From Octopus vulgaris (taxonomy: Eukaryota): 64,000 bases of DNA. The stretch covers positions 61,938,001 through 62,002,000 of the forward strand of contig OX597831.1 in NCBI GenBank assembly GCA_951406725.2. The letters run 5' to 3'. The notes beneath the pieces were generated by a model. That model was not told the origin of the DNA and searched no databases. It was given only the letters and a program-made list of their open reading frames with translations. Positions 43,096-56,303 of this stretch are shown one piece after another (the first letter of the stretch is position 1; every line of letters begins with the position of its first letter). Position numbers and translations under genes: made by a program.

Positions 43096-43709
43096 ATCTT
43101 GATATCGCCAGTGATAACAATAATAAAAATATATAACAGACTGGAATTGTAGGCCCGTCTCTTGCAATTTCGATCAATTGGGTCTTGTCCTCCCTCTTGT
43201 ATAGAAGTGTACGGCTGCAGCGAAATTCATTTTTGGACTTTCTTCTATCGAAGGCATTTTAACAAAAATTCTTCCGTAAAGACGGTGAAAATATTGTCAA
43301 TTTCTCCAAACAGGGACACAATTCAATTTTTAAACAATAACCAAAACCCCTTCTCCGAAAGGGGGAGGGTTACGGTTTACAATTATTTAACAAATGCAAC
43401 ACAACAACGTTTCCCTGATGAGGAACCAAGAAATGTAATTACAATAGCCAAACAGTAATAATAATAACAGCAAACCTTTTTAATTTATCCCCATTTATGT
43501 GAAACCACTTATTCAAGTTCAAGTCATTGATGCAATTTTATACGAATTGCTAATACCTCCACACACATAATAAGGGTGAGAAATTGAATATTAATTTGAT
43601 TAATATGAATTGAAAACCAGTGGTGTAGCATATAAGACCATAGCGGATCTTCTTCTAGCAAAATGGATGACCACTGTTAATTGTTCATCCCTGTTATATA
43701 ATACTTTCA

Positions 43710-43985
43710 CTTTAATAGTTTCAGTATCAAAGTGAATGTCTGCATTACAATAGATAGATGTTTTTGTTTCACTTTTAACACGTAATATTGAAATAGTGGA
43801 GAAGATATGATATTGCTGTGGGTCGCCCTAGGGAAAAAGTAAAATCTTTTTTGCCGATGACACTCCCCGGACCTTAAGTAAGGCATGTGTAAAATTTGAA
43901 TGATATTGGTTGTGTAGTTCTCACGTTTTAGGGAAACACACAGACTGTCAGACAGACACACATTCTCAGTTTTATATATATAGAG
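43710..43985 (-). mobile_element. Helitron-like non-autonomous element, 5' part
   Basis: Reverse complement TCTATATATATAAAACTGAGAATGTGTGTCTGTCTG...AAATTTTACAC, similar layout to 56304-56673. Confidence 0.5.
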
Positions 43986-45049
43986 ATGTATGTATGTATG
44001 TATATAAATTCTAATGTATTTTCCCAATGTTGAAGCCGTAAAAATAAAATAAAATAATATGAAATGTCAATTGAGAATGATTCTGATATAAAGACAGATA
44101 AAACTATAAAAATGTTACCCATTCCGTTTTCTCCAAAAATATTCAGAGATCTTGGCAAATCAATCAATTGATTACTATGTTCAAAGTTATTTTGATGTTG
44201 GATATTGGATGCGGCAAAATTTTCGCCAAGATGTTCAACTAAAACCTATTTAATTTTCGTGTGTGGTTTGCATTTCTATACGAGTATTTCCGTGATCTCG
44301 GTCGTGGCTAAATTTAATAGACGGAACACAAACAGCTATGATTAAAGCTAGTCTTGCCATATTTAGAATTTTAATAAGAAAGTGTTGGGAGTTTGCCCCA
44401 TTATCTCGTCTGCAAGAAATGTTTGCTCGACTGCTTTTAATTGTTTTCTGGGGGTGGCGTAGTTTTATGTCTAAAGACAAATGTTTTCGAAATACCAAAA
44501 AAAGTACAATGGAATTGTTCTATTTTAGTGACTAACTATCAGAAATATTTCAAAATGGATATACAAAATGTTGCCGGGGTAACAATCACTTCATGATTAT
44601 TGATACCATTGTGAAACATAGGAATACTGGCAAAAATATATAATTGTTAATCTAAATTATTTTAGTACATATGAATATATATGCATATATATACACACAC
44701 ACATACATACATACATATATACATACATGCATAATACCAACATACATACACATATACACACAAACATACACACATACACACGCGCATATATAAGTATGCA
44801 CACAGGCACACGTACAGATATCCTTATATTTTTACATCACCTCAGATACAGGGTGATGCATGACGTCTGGAAGTCTACCGGCCAGCTGTAGCAATAGTTT
44901 AACTTCTTTGTTCTCCGTTCGCTCACAATACTACACTTCACAAAAACGTTGCTAAGGGTGACTAAAAAAAAAAGGATAAGATTTTTTAAGTATTTAAAAT
45001 ATTGTTTTATGGGAAAATATTTATAGCGCAAATATATACTGAGTAGATA

Positions 45050-45457
45050 TGGATCTTTTCGGTTTGAACGGCAGTTTTTAACATAATTTCTAGGTAACTA
45101 AAACAATTTTAACTTCGTATACTGGTAGAATGTGTTTATAAAACATCTTTTTCTCTTGGCTTTATTGAGAAAATTCTTTAGTTTGTAAGATATTTGTTGT
45201 TTTTTCTTCAATTTCTGCAATTTCAACCAATCACTGACGTCTATTGAGGTAAACAACATTCTGTGCCGTATGAATATGTCCCTCGTTTAAGAAACACATT
45301 GGGTTTATTTACATTTGTGAAGAAAAAAATATACCCTTCCCCCACCCCTAACCCTAACCCTAACCCTAACTAACCCTAACTCTAAAATACATTGTAATGC
45401 ATGGCAATTTCATATGGCACCGCTAGAAAAAACTGCCGTTCAAACCGAAAAGAACCG
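45050..45457. mobile_element. MITE with ~30-bp TIRs and internal (CCCTAA)n
   Basis: TGGATCTTTTCGGTTTGAACGGCAGTTTT ... AAAACTGCCGTTCAAACCGAAAAGAACCG; TA (possibly TAGATA) on both flanks; CCCTAA repeats at 45345-45381. Confidence 0.85.
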
Positions 45458-46450
45458 TAGATATATATGTGAATGAGCATTGCAGGCAACAGCCGTCCCT
45501 TTTTCCATACGGTAGAGAAAAAGTCAGGAATTTGCCAGAAATTGAGTCATGATTCAGCTGAATATAATATTTGCATCTACAAGAGAACCAAGTAACTTAT
45601 TGAGGAGTAAGTAGCACGGTAACGGTACCAGTTTTGTTGAAAATACACAATATCGAAAATATAGAGACTCAACTAATGTGTATATAGTTTAAGAAGAAAA
45701 TCCAAATCAGCGATGGGTATCGAAAGATTACTTTTTCATAAAACTATATAGTACTGCGCTGAGATTAGGTTAAAACCCTAATCAGTTGCTAATAGTGGCT
45801 GGATAATGTGTTTAAGGGATTCTATGGGAAATGGATGCCATACCAATTTATAATGGCATAAACTGTTGATACAAGAAAGGAGTATAAGAGTAATATAAAA
45901 ATAACAATAAGTATTATTTCCATGGAGAAAAGTTGGTGATAATGAGAGATTTTAATATCCGTGTTCTGCAGAAAGCAGAAGAGATTTGATGTTAATCGCA
46001 AATACGGTGTTAGGCAATGTACAGTAAATGAAGATCTCACTTTGTGCATTATCAATACCTACACTAGCTTCGAATAAAAGGCTGATGACGATAGAGCTAG
46101 TTACATATGCTCTCGAAGCAATGGTATTGATTGACTGCAGCGTGTATAAACAAAATGAGAGAAAGCATGTACGCATTACAAGGGCGACGAAAGCGGAAAT
46201 CGATTCAGAATCCAGAAAATGCTTCTATCGACAATAGGCTACGCTGTAGCTTCCAAACGTTAAAAAATCTGAAGTCGTAAACTAAAGCGAGAAAGAATGC
46301 AGCGTATAAGAATTAAACAAATAAGTTGGGTATAGATATCTGACGTGGGCCTGAGACAAAAATCTAAGCCGCTTAGCACCAGAAACTATAGCAGGCTTAA
46401 CAATGTGCTTGCTAAATCAACAAGCATCATACCTGATTTGTATGTAATTA

Positions 46451-46845
46451 GGGAGAGTTTACGAAAGAAAAACAAAAAGTGAAGACAGGTGGTGTACAAA
46501 ACAAAGAGATGTTTTAGTATAACGCTCAGGAATAGAAAGTTTTTTACGTTTCGAGCCAACGCTCTTCTACAGAAAAGGACACAGAAAAAAACAAGGAGAA
46601 AAAATAACGTGTGTAGTGGCTAACGATCTATCATGGCGACTAGTAATATATATATATATATATATATAGGGTGAGTTTACGAAAAACCAAAAGACGAAGA
46701 CAGATGGTGTACAAAACAAACAGATGTATTACTATAATGCTCAGGAATAGAAAAAGTCTTTTAAGTTTCGAGCCTACGCTCTTCTACAGAAAGGGACACA
46801 GAAAAAAACAAGGAGAGAAAATAATGTGTGTAGTGGCTAACGATA
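46451..46845 (-). mobile_element. Two tandem solo pLTR-like repeats of the 49.5-50.7 kb PLE family, separated by (TA)n
   Basis: 46451-46640 and 46668-46845 match each other, 9405-9670 and 49455-49660. Confidence 0.8.
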
Positions 46846-47736
46846 CTTGTACTTCAATGTTAGTGAAGCGAAAGAATGCAATTCCCTGAAATGCTTCTAT
46901 GTTCACAAGTCTTTGTGTATCACTGCAAAACTCAGAGTAATCAGCCGGACACTATAACTAAGCACTTTATAAATGAAGTTGGAACTATAACTAAACAATG
47001 CTCTGTGTTTATACAATAACGCCATATGCAGCTTCTGCCATGAATTTCCCTTAAGAAAGTGATCACCTACGGACCTCAGAAAACGAGTATTACTCAGCTA
47101 AGCTCAATGGATACATTATCAATTCTCCGTTGTACTTTAGTCGGAAACCTTGTTATATGAATCGTTATCAAAGAATGGATTATCTGTCGAGTGTAGAAAT
47201 GAGTTGGTCGCAAGCGGTGAAATTTCATTCACGTATGCACAAACGCATAGACTCGTACACACTCATATGTATAAATAGGCGTTAGCACACACTAAAATAT
47301 AAAAAAAATCTTAGCTGTTACTCACAAGCGACAGGGGAACTTGTATCATGCATTTTTTAGGCACCCCTAAATCCACGTAAAGAGATAGTTATACCCTTGA
47401 CCTTCCTCCCCCTATTGATTCAAGACAACAACATGGATGTGATAGGTGAAGGGAGGGACGTCTTCTGCTTCAATTGGCTGGACCTCATTTTCAGCTGAGA
47501 ACACAAAGGCAACATGACGTAAGGTTGTGCTACCTGGTCTAGAAATCGAGACCGCAATTTTATCGTCAGTAACTAAGCATACGCTAACTACTCGGATATG
47601 CGTTTTCATATATACACTTGTATGCATATATTTATGTATACACACTCATACATATACAAATATACTTTTATGTAAAGTTACACAAAAAAAATATTTTATT
47701 AGTGTTCTGAATACGTTTTGTAGACCACGTGATTAT

Positions 47737-47862
47737 TATACTTTTACAAGAAATGGTAGTGACTTCGAAGTCTCGGCCTGCCAGTCTTCATGAGACATTT
47801 CTATGAAGGTTACTAATCCGAAACTTCGAAGTCACTATCGGCCCTTTTCTTGTAAAAGTATA
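47737..47862. repeat. Imperfect inverted repeat made of two opposed HHR-like halves
   Basis: TATACTTTTACAAGAAA..TAGTGACTTCGAAGT.TCGG / CCGAAACTTCGAAGTCACTA..TTTCTTGTAAAAGTATA. Confidence 0.75.
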
Positions 47863-47905
47863 GTATAAACACATATGTACATAAACATACATACGTGCAT
47901 AATAC

Positions 47906-47948
<43 letters not shown>

Positions 47949-47950
<2 letters not shown>

Positions 47951-48168
47951 TCTTTTACTCTTTTACTTGTTTTCAGTCATTTGACTGCGGCCATGCTGGA
48001 GCACCGCCTTTAGTCGAGCAACTCGACTCCGGGACTTATTCTTTTGTAAGCCCAGTAGTTATTCTATCGGTCTCTTTTGCTGAACCGCTAGGTAACGGGG
48101 ACATAAACACACCAGCATCGGTTGTCAAGCAATGCTAGGGGGACAAACACAGACACACAAACACACAC

Positions 48169-48259
<91 letters not shown>

Positions 48260-48416
48260 ACGGGCTTCTTTTCAGTTTCCGTCTACCAAATCCACTCACA
48301 AGGCTTTGGTCGGCCCGAGGCTATAGTAGAAGACACTTGCCCAAGAAGCCACGCAGTAGGACTGAACCCGGAACCATGTGGTTGGTAAACAAGCTACTTA
48401 CCACACAATCACTCCA
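47949..48416 (-). mobile_element. SINE family B with long internal (TA)n
   Basis: Family B head, body and tail. Confidence 0.9.
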
Positions 48417-49077
48417 TATATAGTATATGCACATACAAACACACATACAAAGATTGTGAAATCTATTATTTCTATACGCAGTTCATGAAGCCAGACAATT
48501 GGTGTAAAGTATTTATTTTTTAGTCATTTAACTATTTTACCAGCTATAAAAATTGATTATAATGGAAACTATTCATCTACCCAGCTAACGGGTAGACAGA
48601 GAAGAATGCCGGTGAATTCCGACTACTGTTGAATATTTCATTTCGCCTTAAGGTCCTGACAATGGCAGTTGGATATCTGTACATCATTCATTGTACAAAA
48701 ATACCCTTATATACCTGTAGTTGAAAACTTAATGCTTGCAAGCCAGTACATATTATTTAATATCCTGTTCAGCTTTACTTAAATAATATGTACCGAATTG
48801 CCATTAGCATTTTCTTTCATTTCCTCAGCCAATCAAGAACTTTCGAGACGTCCATCAGTACATCACAGTTTATGTTCAAATTCATATCATGATCTTATTT
48901 GAATTATTTATCTTATCACATTCTAATTTTAATTATTAATGTTTATGGAACGAACAGGTGTATGTACTTTAAGAGTTTGCTCCACACACATACGTGTATT
49001 TCCAGGTTCAATCCTGGAGCGTAGCCTAATTCAAGTGCTGAACTTAAACTTTACGGAAATCAGTCGTGTATGTGTAT

Positions 49078-49445
<368 letters not shown>

Positions 49446-49550
49446 ATGTATAACGGGAAGCTTTATGAAAATAAACAAAAGACGAAGGCAGGTGGAAAAC
49501 AAACGAACAATTGTATTAGTATGGCGCTCAGGAAATATAAATAAAACAAG

Positions 49551-49588
49551 TCTTTAACGTTTCGAGCCTACGCTCTTCAACAGAAAGA
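49551..49588 (-). ncRNA. Minimal hammerhead-like motif with atypical core, family H4
   Basis: TCTTT-CTGTTGAA-GAGC-GTAG-GCTC-GAAACGTT-AAAGA: stem I TCTTT/AAAGA, stem II GAGC/GCTC, palindromic ACGT in place of stem III. Confidence 0.55.
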
Positions 49589-49929
49589 TACACAGAGAGA
49601 GAAAAACACAGAAAGAAGGAGAGAAAAAAAAATGCGTGCAGTAGCTAACGAATCAACATGGCGATCTGATTTCGGCCAGAGGTCAAAGATCAAACATGAG
49701 ACGCGAGAGCGAAATAAGGGGAGATAATAGGGTTGATAAATGGGTTGAGGGACCAGCTAAAAGTGCGTGGGAGGGGTCTGGATGTGTGTATGTATAGGGT
49801 TGGTGTATGTATTAGTATGTATAAGGGTGTGTGTGTGTGTGTGTGTATGAGAGAGTATTAGTGCGTAAGATTGGTCTGGACGTGCGTATGTATGGGGTTG
49901 GTGTATGTATTAGTATGTATTAGTATGTA

Positions 49930-50703
49930 TTAGTACGTATTGGTATGTATAGGTGTGTGTGTATTAGTATGGCACATCATATGTGATGTGATGTGTAAAG
50001 TCATGTGGTGTAGTGAGGAGAAGAGGGGGAGGGGGAGAAGAGGGGGGATAGAAGGGGAGGGGAAGAGGAGGGGGAGGAGAAGGGGGAGAGGAGAGGATGG
50101 GGGAGAAGGAAGGGGATGAGGGGGATGAAGGAGGAAAGAGGGAGAGGGGGAGAGAGAAGGGGAGAGAGGGAGTGAGGGAGCAGAGGGAAGGGGAAGAGGG
50201 AGGGAGAAAGAGGGAAGAAGGGAAGGGGAGTAGGGGTGAAAGGATGAAGGACTGAAGAAGTAGGGGTCGGGGGAGAAAGGATAGGTGAGGAGGGGGGAGA
50301 GGGGGTTAGATGAGGAGGGGGGAGAGTTGAGACCAAATGGCGTATAAGAGCGAAGAGAGAAGATTAATTCCTGTTCACGGCGCAAACGGGAATCCGGATG
50401 GCCTCTGTGTAAGGACAAACCGAACACAGATAGGTGTTGCAAGGAGTGACCGGTGGAGCGGAAATGGCGTGAGACCGGTGTGTCGTTCGCAAGGTGGATG
50501 TCACGAAGGTGTTCCGCGAACCGGTCAGCCAAGCGGCGTCCCGTTTGTCCGATGTACAAGGAATTGCAGAGAGAGCAAGAGATGCAATAGATAATATTGC
50601 TGGAGGTGCAGGTGAAGGAGTGGATGATGGGATAGGGTCGATGGTGGGTGCTAGTGAGGCGGGTGGTGTTGGAGAGGTAAGGGCAAGTGCGGCAACGTGG
50701 GCA
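49930..50703 (-). CDS. Uninterrupted but start-less frame: PLE GIY-YIG endonuclease domain plus low-complexity run-on
   Basis: CPRCRTCPY...FTCTSSNIIYCISCSLCNSLYIGQTGRRLADRFAEH...VSRHF...RREQELIFSL.S..PFGLN; frame extends 144 nt upstream of the listed ORF start. Confidence 0.8.
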   Translation of the reverse strand, partial: CPRCRTCPYLSNTTRLTSTHHRPYPIIHSFTCTSSNIIYCISCSLCNSLYIGQTGRRLADRFAEHLRDIHLANDTPVSRHFRSTGHSLQHLSVFGLSLHRGHPDSRLRREQELIFSLRSYTPFGLNSPPSSSNPLSPLLTYPFSPDPYFFSPSSFHPYSPSLLPSFSLPLPLPSAPSLPLSPSLSPSPSFLLHPPHPLPSPPSSPLPLLLPLLFPSPSIPPLLPLPLFSSLHHMTLHITSHMMCHTNTHTPIHTNTY

Positions 50704-50779
50704 TAGATGTATATATATATATATATATATATAGATGTATATATATATATATATATATATTTATTTATATACACAACAA

Positions 50780-50811
<32 letters not shown>

Positions 50812-52719
50812 GATATAATATATATATAATATATATACATATAATTCTTTTCATTACTTCAACATACCCTTTCTGTAGCAACAGACGCTACTACCATTTT
50901 AACCCAGGAAGGTGATTTGTCTTTGTCTTGGAGCCAGCCACATTTGAAGTCTCAAGTGTAATCGGCCGAAACTGTAAGGATAATCTGGAAACCTGATTGA
51001 GGAGAGAAGACCACGAATGGCCCGTCCTTGTTTTCTCCTGTTCGTCTTCGTATCGTCTACCTGTCTGGATGTTTTATAGTTGTCTGTTGCGTTCATGCTC
51101 CATGTTTATATATATACACACACGCTCATACACATATGTATGTAAGAGTCTGTAGTTGTCTTAGTGTGTGTTTGGATGTGGGGGGGATGTACACGTTCAT
51201 AAACAGATTTCCTCCACACTTGATTGCAGAAGCCCTTCATAGCAACCCAGCTGTCAAAAGAACAAAACCAGCAAAAGAAGGACCCGTCTTGTAACACGGA
51301 CCGAGGAGTCCCAGTCGACTGCGAGTCGTTGGAGCCTTTCACTGATCAAAAATAATTCGTAACTTTTTTGTTCTTCTATATATAAGAAAATCTATCTCCG
51401 TTAAGAGCAGAGTTATTTAGACTGTACTATGCTGAGGATAACTAAAGCACAGAAGCATGTGCATATTACACCTTAATTTATGACCCACAAATTTAATTTC
51501 TAATTTCGTTTTCATTTTGGGAGTCACTGACTGCTGCCATTAAGTACTTTTATTTCTCCTTTCTCCGTTTCAGAGAGAAATATAAATTTTGTTGGAACTT
51601 TTTGAGCACTGCATTGTGTATGGCACATTTTAGTCTAATAATATCATTAGCCACTTCTTTTACTTCACAACACTGTAGCATACATATTTGCAGTTCCAGA
51701 AAGACAAACCCAATATCGTTCCTTGTAGCATTCGAACGCAAAAAGTAAGTTTCAATAAAGAAGTTGGACACAGTAGTGAATGAAAAACAAATGCAATAAA
51801 GACATAATTGTTGCAATTTCCAGTCGTGTTTCATTTGAAATCATTCAATACACTTCAGAATTTCAATTTAAAATTCAAGTATTTCACCATCACATGCATG
51901 TTACAAGTATAGTTGTCACTTGTTTCTCATAACCAGCCACTAATAAGAAGCTGTTGTGCATATGTGCGTGGGTGGGTGTATCTAAATACGCAGTATGCAT
52001 TTATGTATATGTATGCATTTAAGTATACGTATATGTCTATATGTGTATATATATATATATGTATATGAATGTGTATCTTTACGTACGTATAGATTGGTGT
52101 ACATAAGTGAATAGACTAGCTGAACAAGAATTGATATAGATCGTATAGTGATACAAGTACATCACTTTGATTCTATTTCGAGAGAACGTGTAAAAATACT
52201 TCAACTGTCATTAGGAATACGATTAAAGAAAAAAACGTAGCCACTTGATCAGGGACAGAAATTTTTATGATGGAAAAGTTTTATTTATAATAAATAGTTT
52301 ATGTCCATAGCTGTTATATTTCAATTTCGTCGGTTTAAAATTTGCTTATTAACAGCATAATACAAACTCAATTAGCAGATCAGTCAATCAGACGTTAGAA
52401 ATATTACACCTAGATTGTGTATTGAATATGCTTCAACACCCGAACTTACATAAATAATCTTGCAAATCAAATCCCAAAAGGATATATATATATATATATG
52501 AATCAATGCGATTGGCTTCAAATTTCGGTCTACTAAGACTTTGGTCGGCTCGAGGCCTCAGAAGGAAATACTTGCAACCATGTGGTTAGGTAGCAAATTT
52601 CTTGCCACCCAGCCACTTCTAAACATATGCAAAACATTGAAAAAATTAGGTTAATAAGTGCGTACATATATATAGGCATATATCCATATGTAAGTGCAAA
52701 AAATATAAATTACAGATGA

Positions 52720-53670
52720 ATGTCAAGTGGGGCCAAAGGGACGGTGATCAAGCAGTTCAGATCAACAGTCACGCACAGCAGCTATTTGTGTGCTGGAGAA
52801 TTGTCCTGATGAAAAGCAGTTAGTTTTTCTGGGGATTTCGTCTCGACAGCCTTCTGTATCTGGTTCAGCACATAGGCAGAGTGCTATCCATTGATGGTGG
52901 TGGCTCTTTTGAAGATAATCAGTAAACACAATGCCTTTTACATCCCTCGAAATTCAGGCCATCAGCTTCCCTGCTCATGAAACGACCTTGGCCTTCTTTG
53001 GAGCAGGTGAGGAGGGATGTTTCCACTGCGTGGATTGTGGTTTTGTCTCTGGCACACGCTCATCCTGGGTTATGAAACGTTCCAGGAAATCAGCTGGATC
53101 TCCCTCAAACAATGACAGATTTTCCCGTGATGTAATCAGCTTTGCGTGTTTTCGATCGGATGTCAGATGACATGAGAGCCATCGAGCAGAAACCATCGTC
53201 AAGCTAATTTCATTGTGCAAAATATTCTCAAATCTTTCATGGGATGTCAGTAACAACCAATTGTTACTCATCGCCATGTGGTGAACATGATCAATATTTT
53301 CCTCTGTAGCGGTAGTTGCAGGACGTCCAGACGTTGCAGTATCAACAAGATGCTCCCTTCCTCACATAAATTCAAGTTCCTACTTTTGCACTGCTGAGAA
53401 ACCTAGAGCCTCATTCATTAACGTAGCAACAGTCTCAGAATGAATAAGGTTTGAAGCTAAACCACTTTTCTGCATGTACGTGATAACACAAGGATGCCGA
53501 ATTTTGTCGCTACGATTTACACTTGAAGTCTTCTTTGCACAGTTAGTTGTTAGTTTGCTTGGAACGAAACAATGAAATTATTAATGAGAAATGATGAAGT
53601 TAATGCATATAGGATTTCCCTGCTGTAGCTTCACTCCATAGTCCGCCTATGAATTTTCAGCCCATTCTTC
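52720..53670 (-). pseudogene. Decayed mariner transposase
   Basis: ILHNEISLTMVSARWLSCHLT...FLERFITQDE...PETKPQSTQWKHPSSPAPKKAK; downstream LFHQDNS.AH. Confidence 0.88.
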
Positions 53671-53960
53671 TATATACAAACATGACGCATATTTGATGTA
53701 TTTTTGCTGTAGATAATTCTGCTGGAAGTAAATGTCAGTAGCATCTGCAGATTAAGCTTTTGATGAACTATGTTCAAAGAGGCGCCTTCTACTTTAGTTG
53801 TAATTGCAATTTCGAATTCTGGTAAAGGGAACAACAGTAAATAAATAAAAAATGATAAATAAAACTAAAAGGGTTTCTGTCTCCATGTTAATTGGGGGCA
53901 GCCTCAAAATCACAGGATGAGCAGTTAGTAAGCGAAGTAATCTTTTCAATTAAGTGTATA

Positions 53961-54169
53961 TTCTTTTACTTGTTTCAGTCATTTGAATGCGGCTATGCTG
54001 GAGCACCGCCTTTAATCGAGCAACTCGACCCCGGGACTTATTCTTTGTAAGCCCAGTACTTATGCCACCGGTCTCTTTTGCCGAACCGCTAAGTAACGGG
54101 GACATAAACACACCAGCATCGGTTGTCAAGCAATGCTAGGGGAACAAACAGAGACACACAAACATACAT

Positions 54170-54246
<77 letters not shown>

Positions 54247-54408
54247 TACGACGGGCTTCTTTCAGTTTCCGTCTACCAAATCCACTCACAAGGCTTTGGT
54301 CGGCCCGAGGCTATAGTAGAAGACACTTGCCCAAGTTGCCACGCAGTGGAACTGAACCCGGAACAATGTGGTTGGTAAACAAGCTACTTACCACACAGCC
54401 ACTCCTGC
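53961..54408 (-). mobile_element. SINE family B, full length
   Basis: Family B head, body and tail. Confidence 0.9.
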
Positions 54409-54974
54409 AACATCTTCCAGTTTAAATACGTTGTAACGTATTGTGAGACTGTTTCATGCTGCACATGCACTTCGACTGAGGTTGTTTCTGCAAAACTGAA
54501 TGTTGCCATCAAAATATGTTCTGAAAGTCTAATTATAATCTTCCTCAATAGTATCAGGTGAGAGTATATTGATTTGGTAGATTACTATCATTCTGAACCA
54601 TTTACCATTCAGAGGACACCATATTGTATTGTTGTAATTACTTTCCGATGGCGGATTGTGAAATGTGTAATTAATTTTATTGCTGAGGGCAAATTGTTTC
54701 ACTATGATTACCAATTAATAAATGCTAGAATTTATGTTGTTTTATCGAGCAAATTATTCTACTTGAGGTTGATGAACAAAGGTTTCCTTATAAGCACAAA
54801 ATATTTCTGGCCATTATGGAATCTACATTTATGCTAAATGCCAAATTCAAGTAGCTAATATAAAATTCCGATTTATTGTTCTTTAGATATCGTAACATTA
54901 AAAACGTTGCAAAGGAAGAGAAATGTCCTCACCAGCGGAAAAAATATATTATATATTTCATTGAACAAATCCAA

Positions 54975-55355
54975 TGGAATTGCTGTGTGGTAAGACGTTC
55001 GTTCCCTACCGCATGGTTCCAGGTTCAATCCACCTGCGTGGTACTTTGAACAAGAGTCTTCTACTGTAGCCTCAGGTTGACTAAATCCTTTTGACTGGAT
55101 TTGGTAGACGGAAACTAAAAGAAGCCCGTCGAATATATATATATATATTTATACAGAGAGTGAGAGAGATGCAGGAATGGATGTTTGGTAAGAAGTTTGA
55201 TTCTCTACCATATGATTCCGGGTTCAGTCACACCATGGGAAGGTGTCTTCTACTATAGCCACGGGCCGACCAAATCCTTGCGAGTGGATTTGGTAGACAG
55301 AAACTGAAAGAAGCTCGCCCCCAGCATCGCATGACAACCGATGTTAGTGTAATTA
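54975..55355 (+). mobile_element. Two tandem degenerate SINE family B 5' halves
   Basis: GCTGTGTGGTAAG...GGATTTGGTAGAC.GAAACT present twice. Confidence 0.7.
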
Positions 55356-55589
55356 TGTAAATATATATCAATATATATAAGGGTAGCAAAAAATTCTAGA
55401 AAAAATTCTCCGCTACCACCGGTCTAGTGAGAAGGAAAAAATAGTCAAAGACTATATAATATACATTCAACAATATAAGGAATGGCCATATAGGACATTC
55501 GACTCACTAGAAAGAGCAGCCAAAACTCATACCGCTAAATAGTTGTAATTCTGAAATAGAAAGTGAAATAAAAACGTTTACCCCTTTCA

Positions 55590-55685
55590 TCTCTGGACTA
55601 TGCATAGTTTCGGCAAAACTTTGGCAAATGAATTAATTAAATTAAATTAAATTCATTTACATCTGGCGTGCCTCGTCAGCAGAGA
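55590..55685 (-). ncRNA. Type I hammerhead ribozyme H1-1
   Basis: TCTCTG-CTGACGA-GGCA...TGCC-GAAA-CTATGCATAG-TC-CAGAGA on minus strand. Confidence 0.9.
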
Positions 55686-56059
55686 GCCTAGGACGAGTAT
55701 ATGTCCACGAGGCTATGGTAAAGAAGCCTCCAGTCACATATGCCCTAAATTTTCAAATCTTACCGCAATCGCGCGGTCTACTCAGCAGCAAATATAAACT
55801 GCTGATTTAATTTCAAAATTAGCCAAAGAATCATTAATTAATAAATATAAGGGTAGCAAAAAATTCTAAAAAGAATTCTCCGCTACCACCGGTCTAGTGA
55901 GAGGGAAAAAATAGTCAAAGACTATATAATATACATTCAACAATATAAGGAATGGCCATATAGGACATTCGACTCACTAGAAAGAGCAGCCAAAACTCAT
56001 ACCGCTAAATAGTTGTAATTCTGAAATAGAAAGTGAAATAAAAACGTTTACCCCTTTCA

Positions 56060-56155
56060 TCTCTGGACTATGCATAGTTTCGGCAAAACTTTGGCAAATG
56101 AATTAATTAAATTAAATTAAATTCATTTACATCTGGCGTGCCTCGTCAGCAGAGA
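56060..56155 (-). ncRNA. Type I hammerhead ribozyme H1-2
   Basis: Identical to H1-1, 470 bp away. Confidence 0.9.
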
Positions 56156-56303
56156 GCCTAGGACGAGTATATGTCCACGAGGCTATGGTAAAGAAGCCTC
56201 CAGTCACATATGCCCTAAATTTTCAAATCTTACCGCAATCGCGCGGTCTACTCAGCAGCAAATATAAACTGCTGATTTAATTTCAAAATTAGCCAAAGAA
56301 TCA

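Larger units (their letters stand above)
49455..50703 (-). mobile_element. 5'-truncated Penelope-like (Neptune-type) retroelement: GIY-YIG, pyrimidine-rich 3' region and pLTR, between (TA)n tracts
   Basis: GIY-YIG frame (below), then a C/T-rich tract and a 3' repeat shared with the 9.4 and 46.5 kb copies. Confidence 0.88.

Noticed and set aside
43405-43450. CTGATGAGGAACCAAGAAATGTAATTACA hammerhead-like string
   Set aside because: Stem II register and stem I do not form; possibly a decayed PLE HHR but not supportable
45345-45381. True telomere or chromosome-fusion scar
   Set aside because: Only ~6 imperfect units, enclosed within MITE TIRs
46077-46135. CTGATGA...AGAGC/GCTCT-CGAAG-CAAT/ATTG hammerhead-like string
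   Set aside because: GAAG instead of GAAA, no NUH triplet and no stem I; at best a fossil
50015-50325. Pro/Ser/Leu-rich extension of the GIY-YIG ORF
   Set aside because: Low-complexity polypurine/polypyrimidine 3' tract that lacks stops; not considered protein
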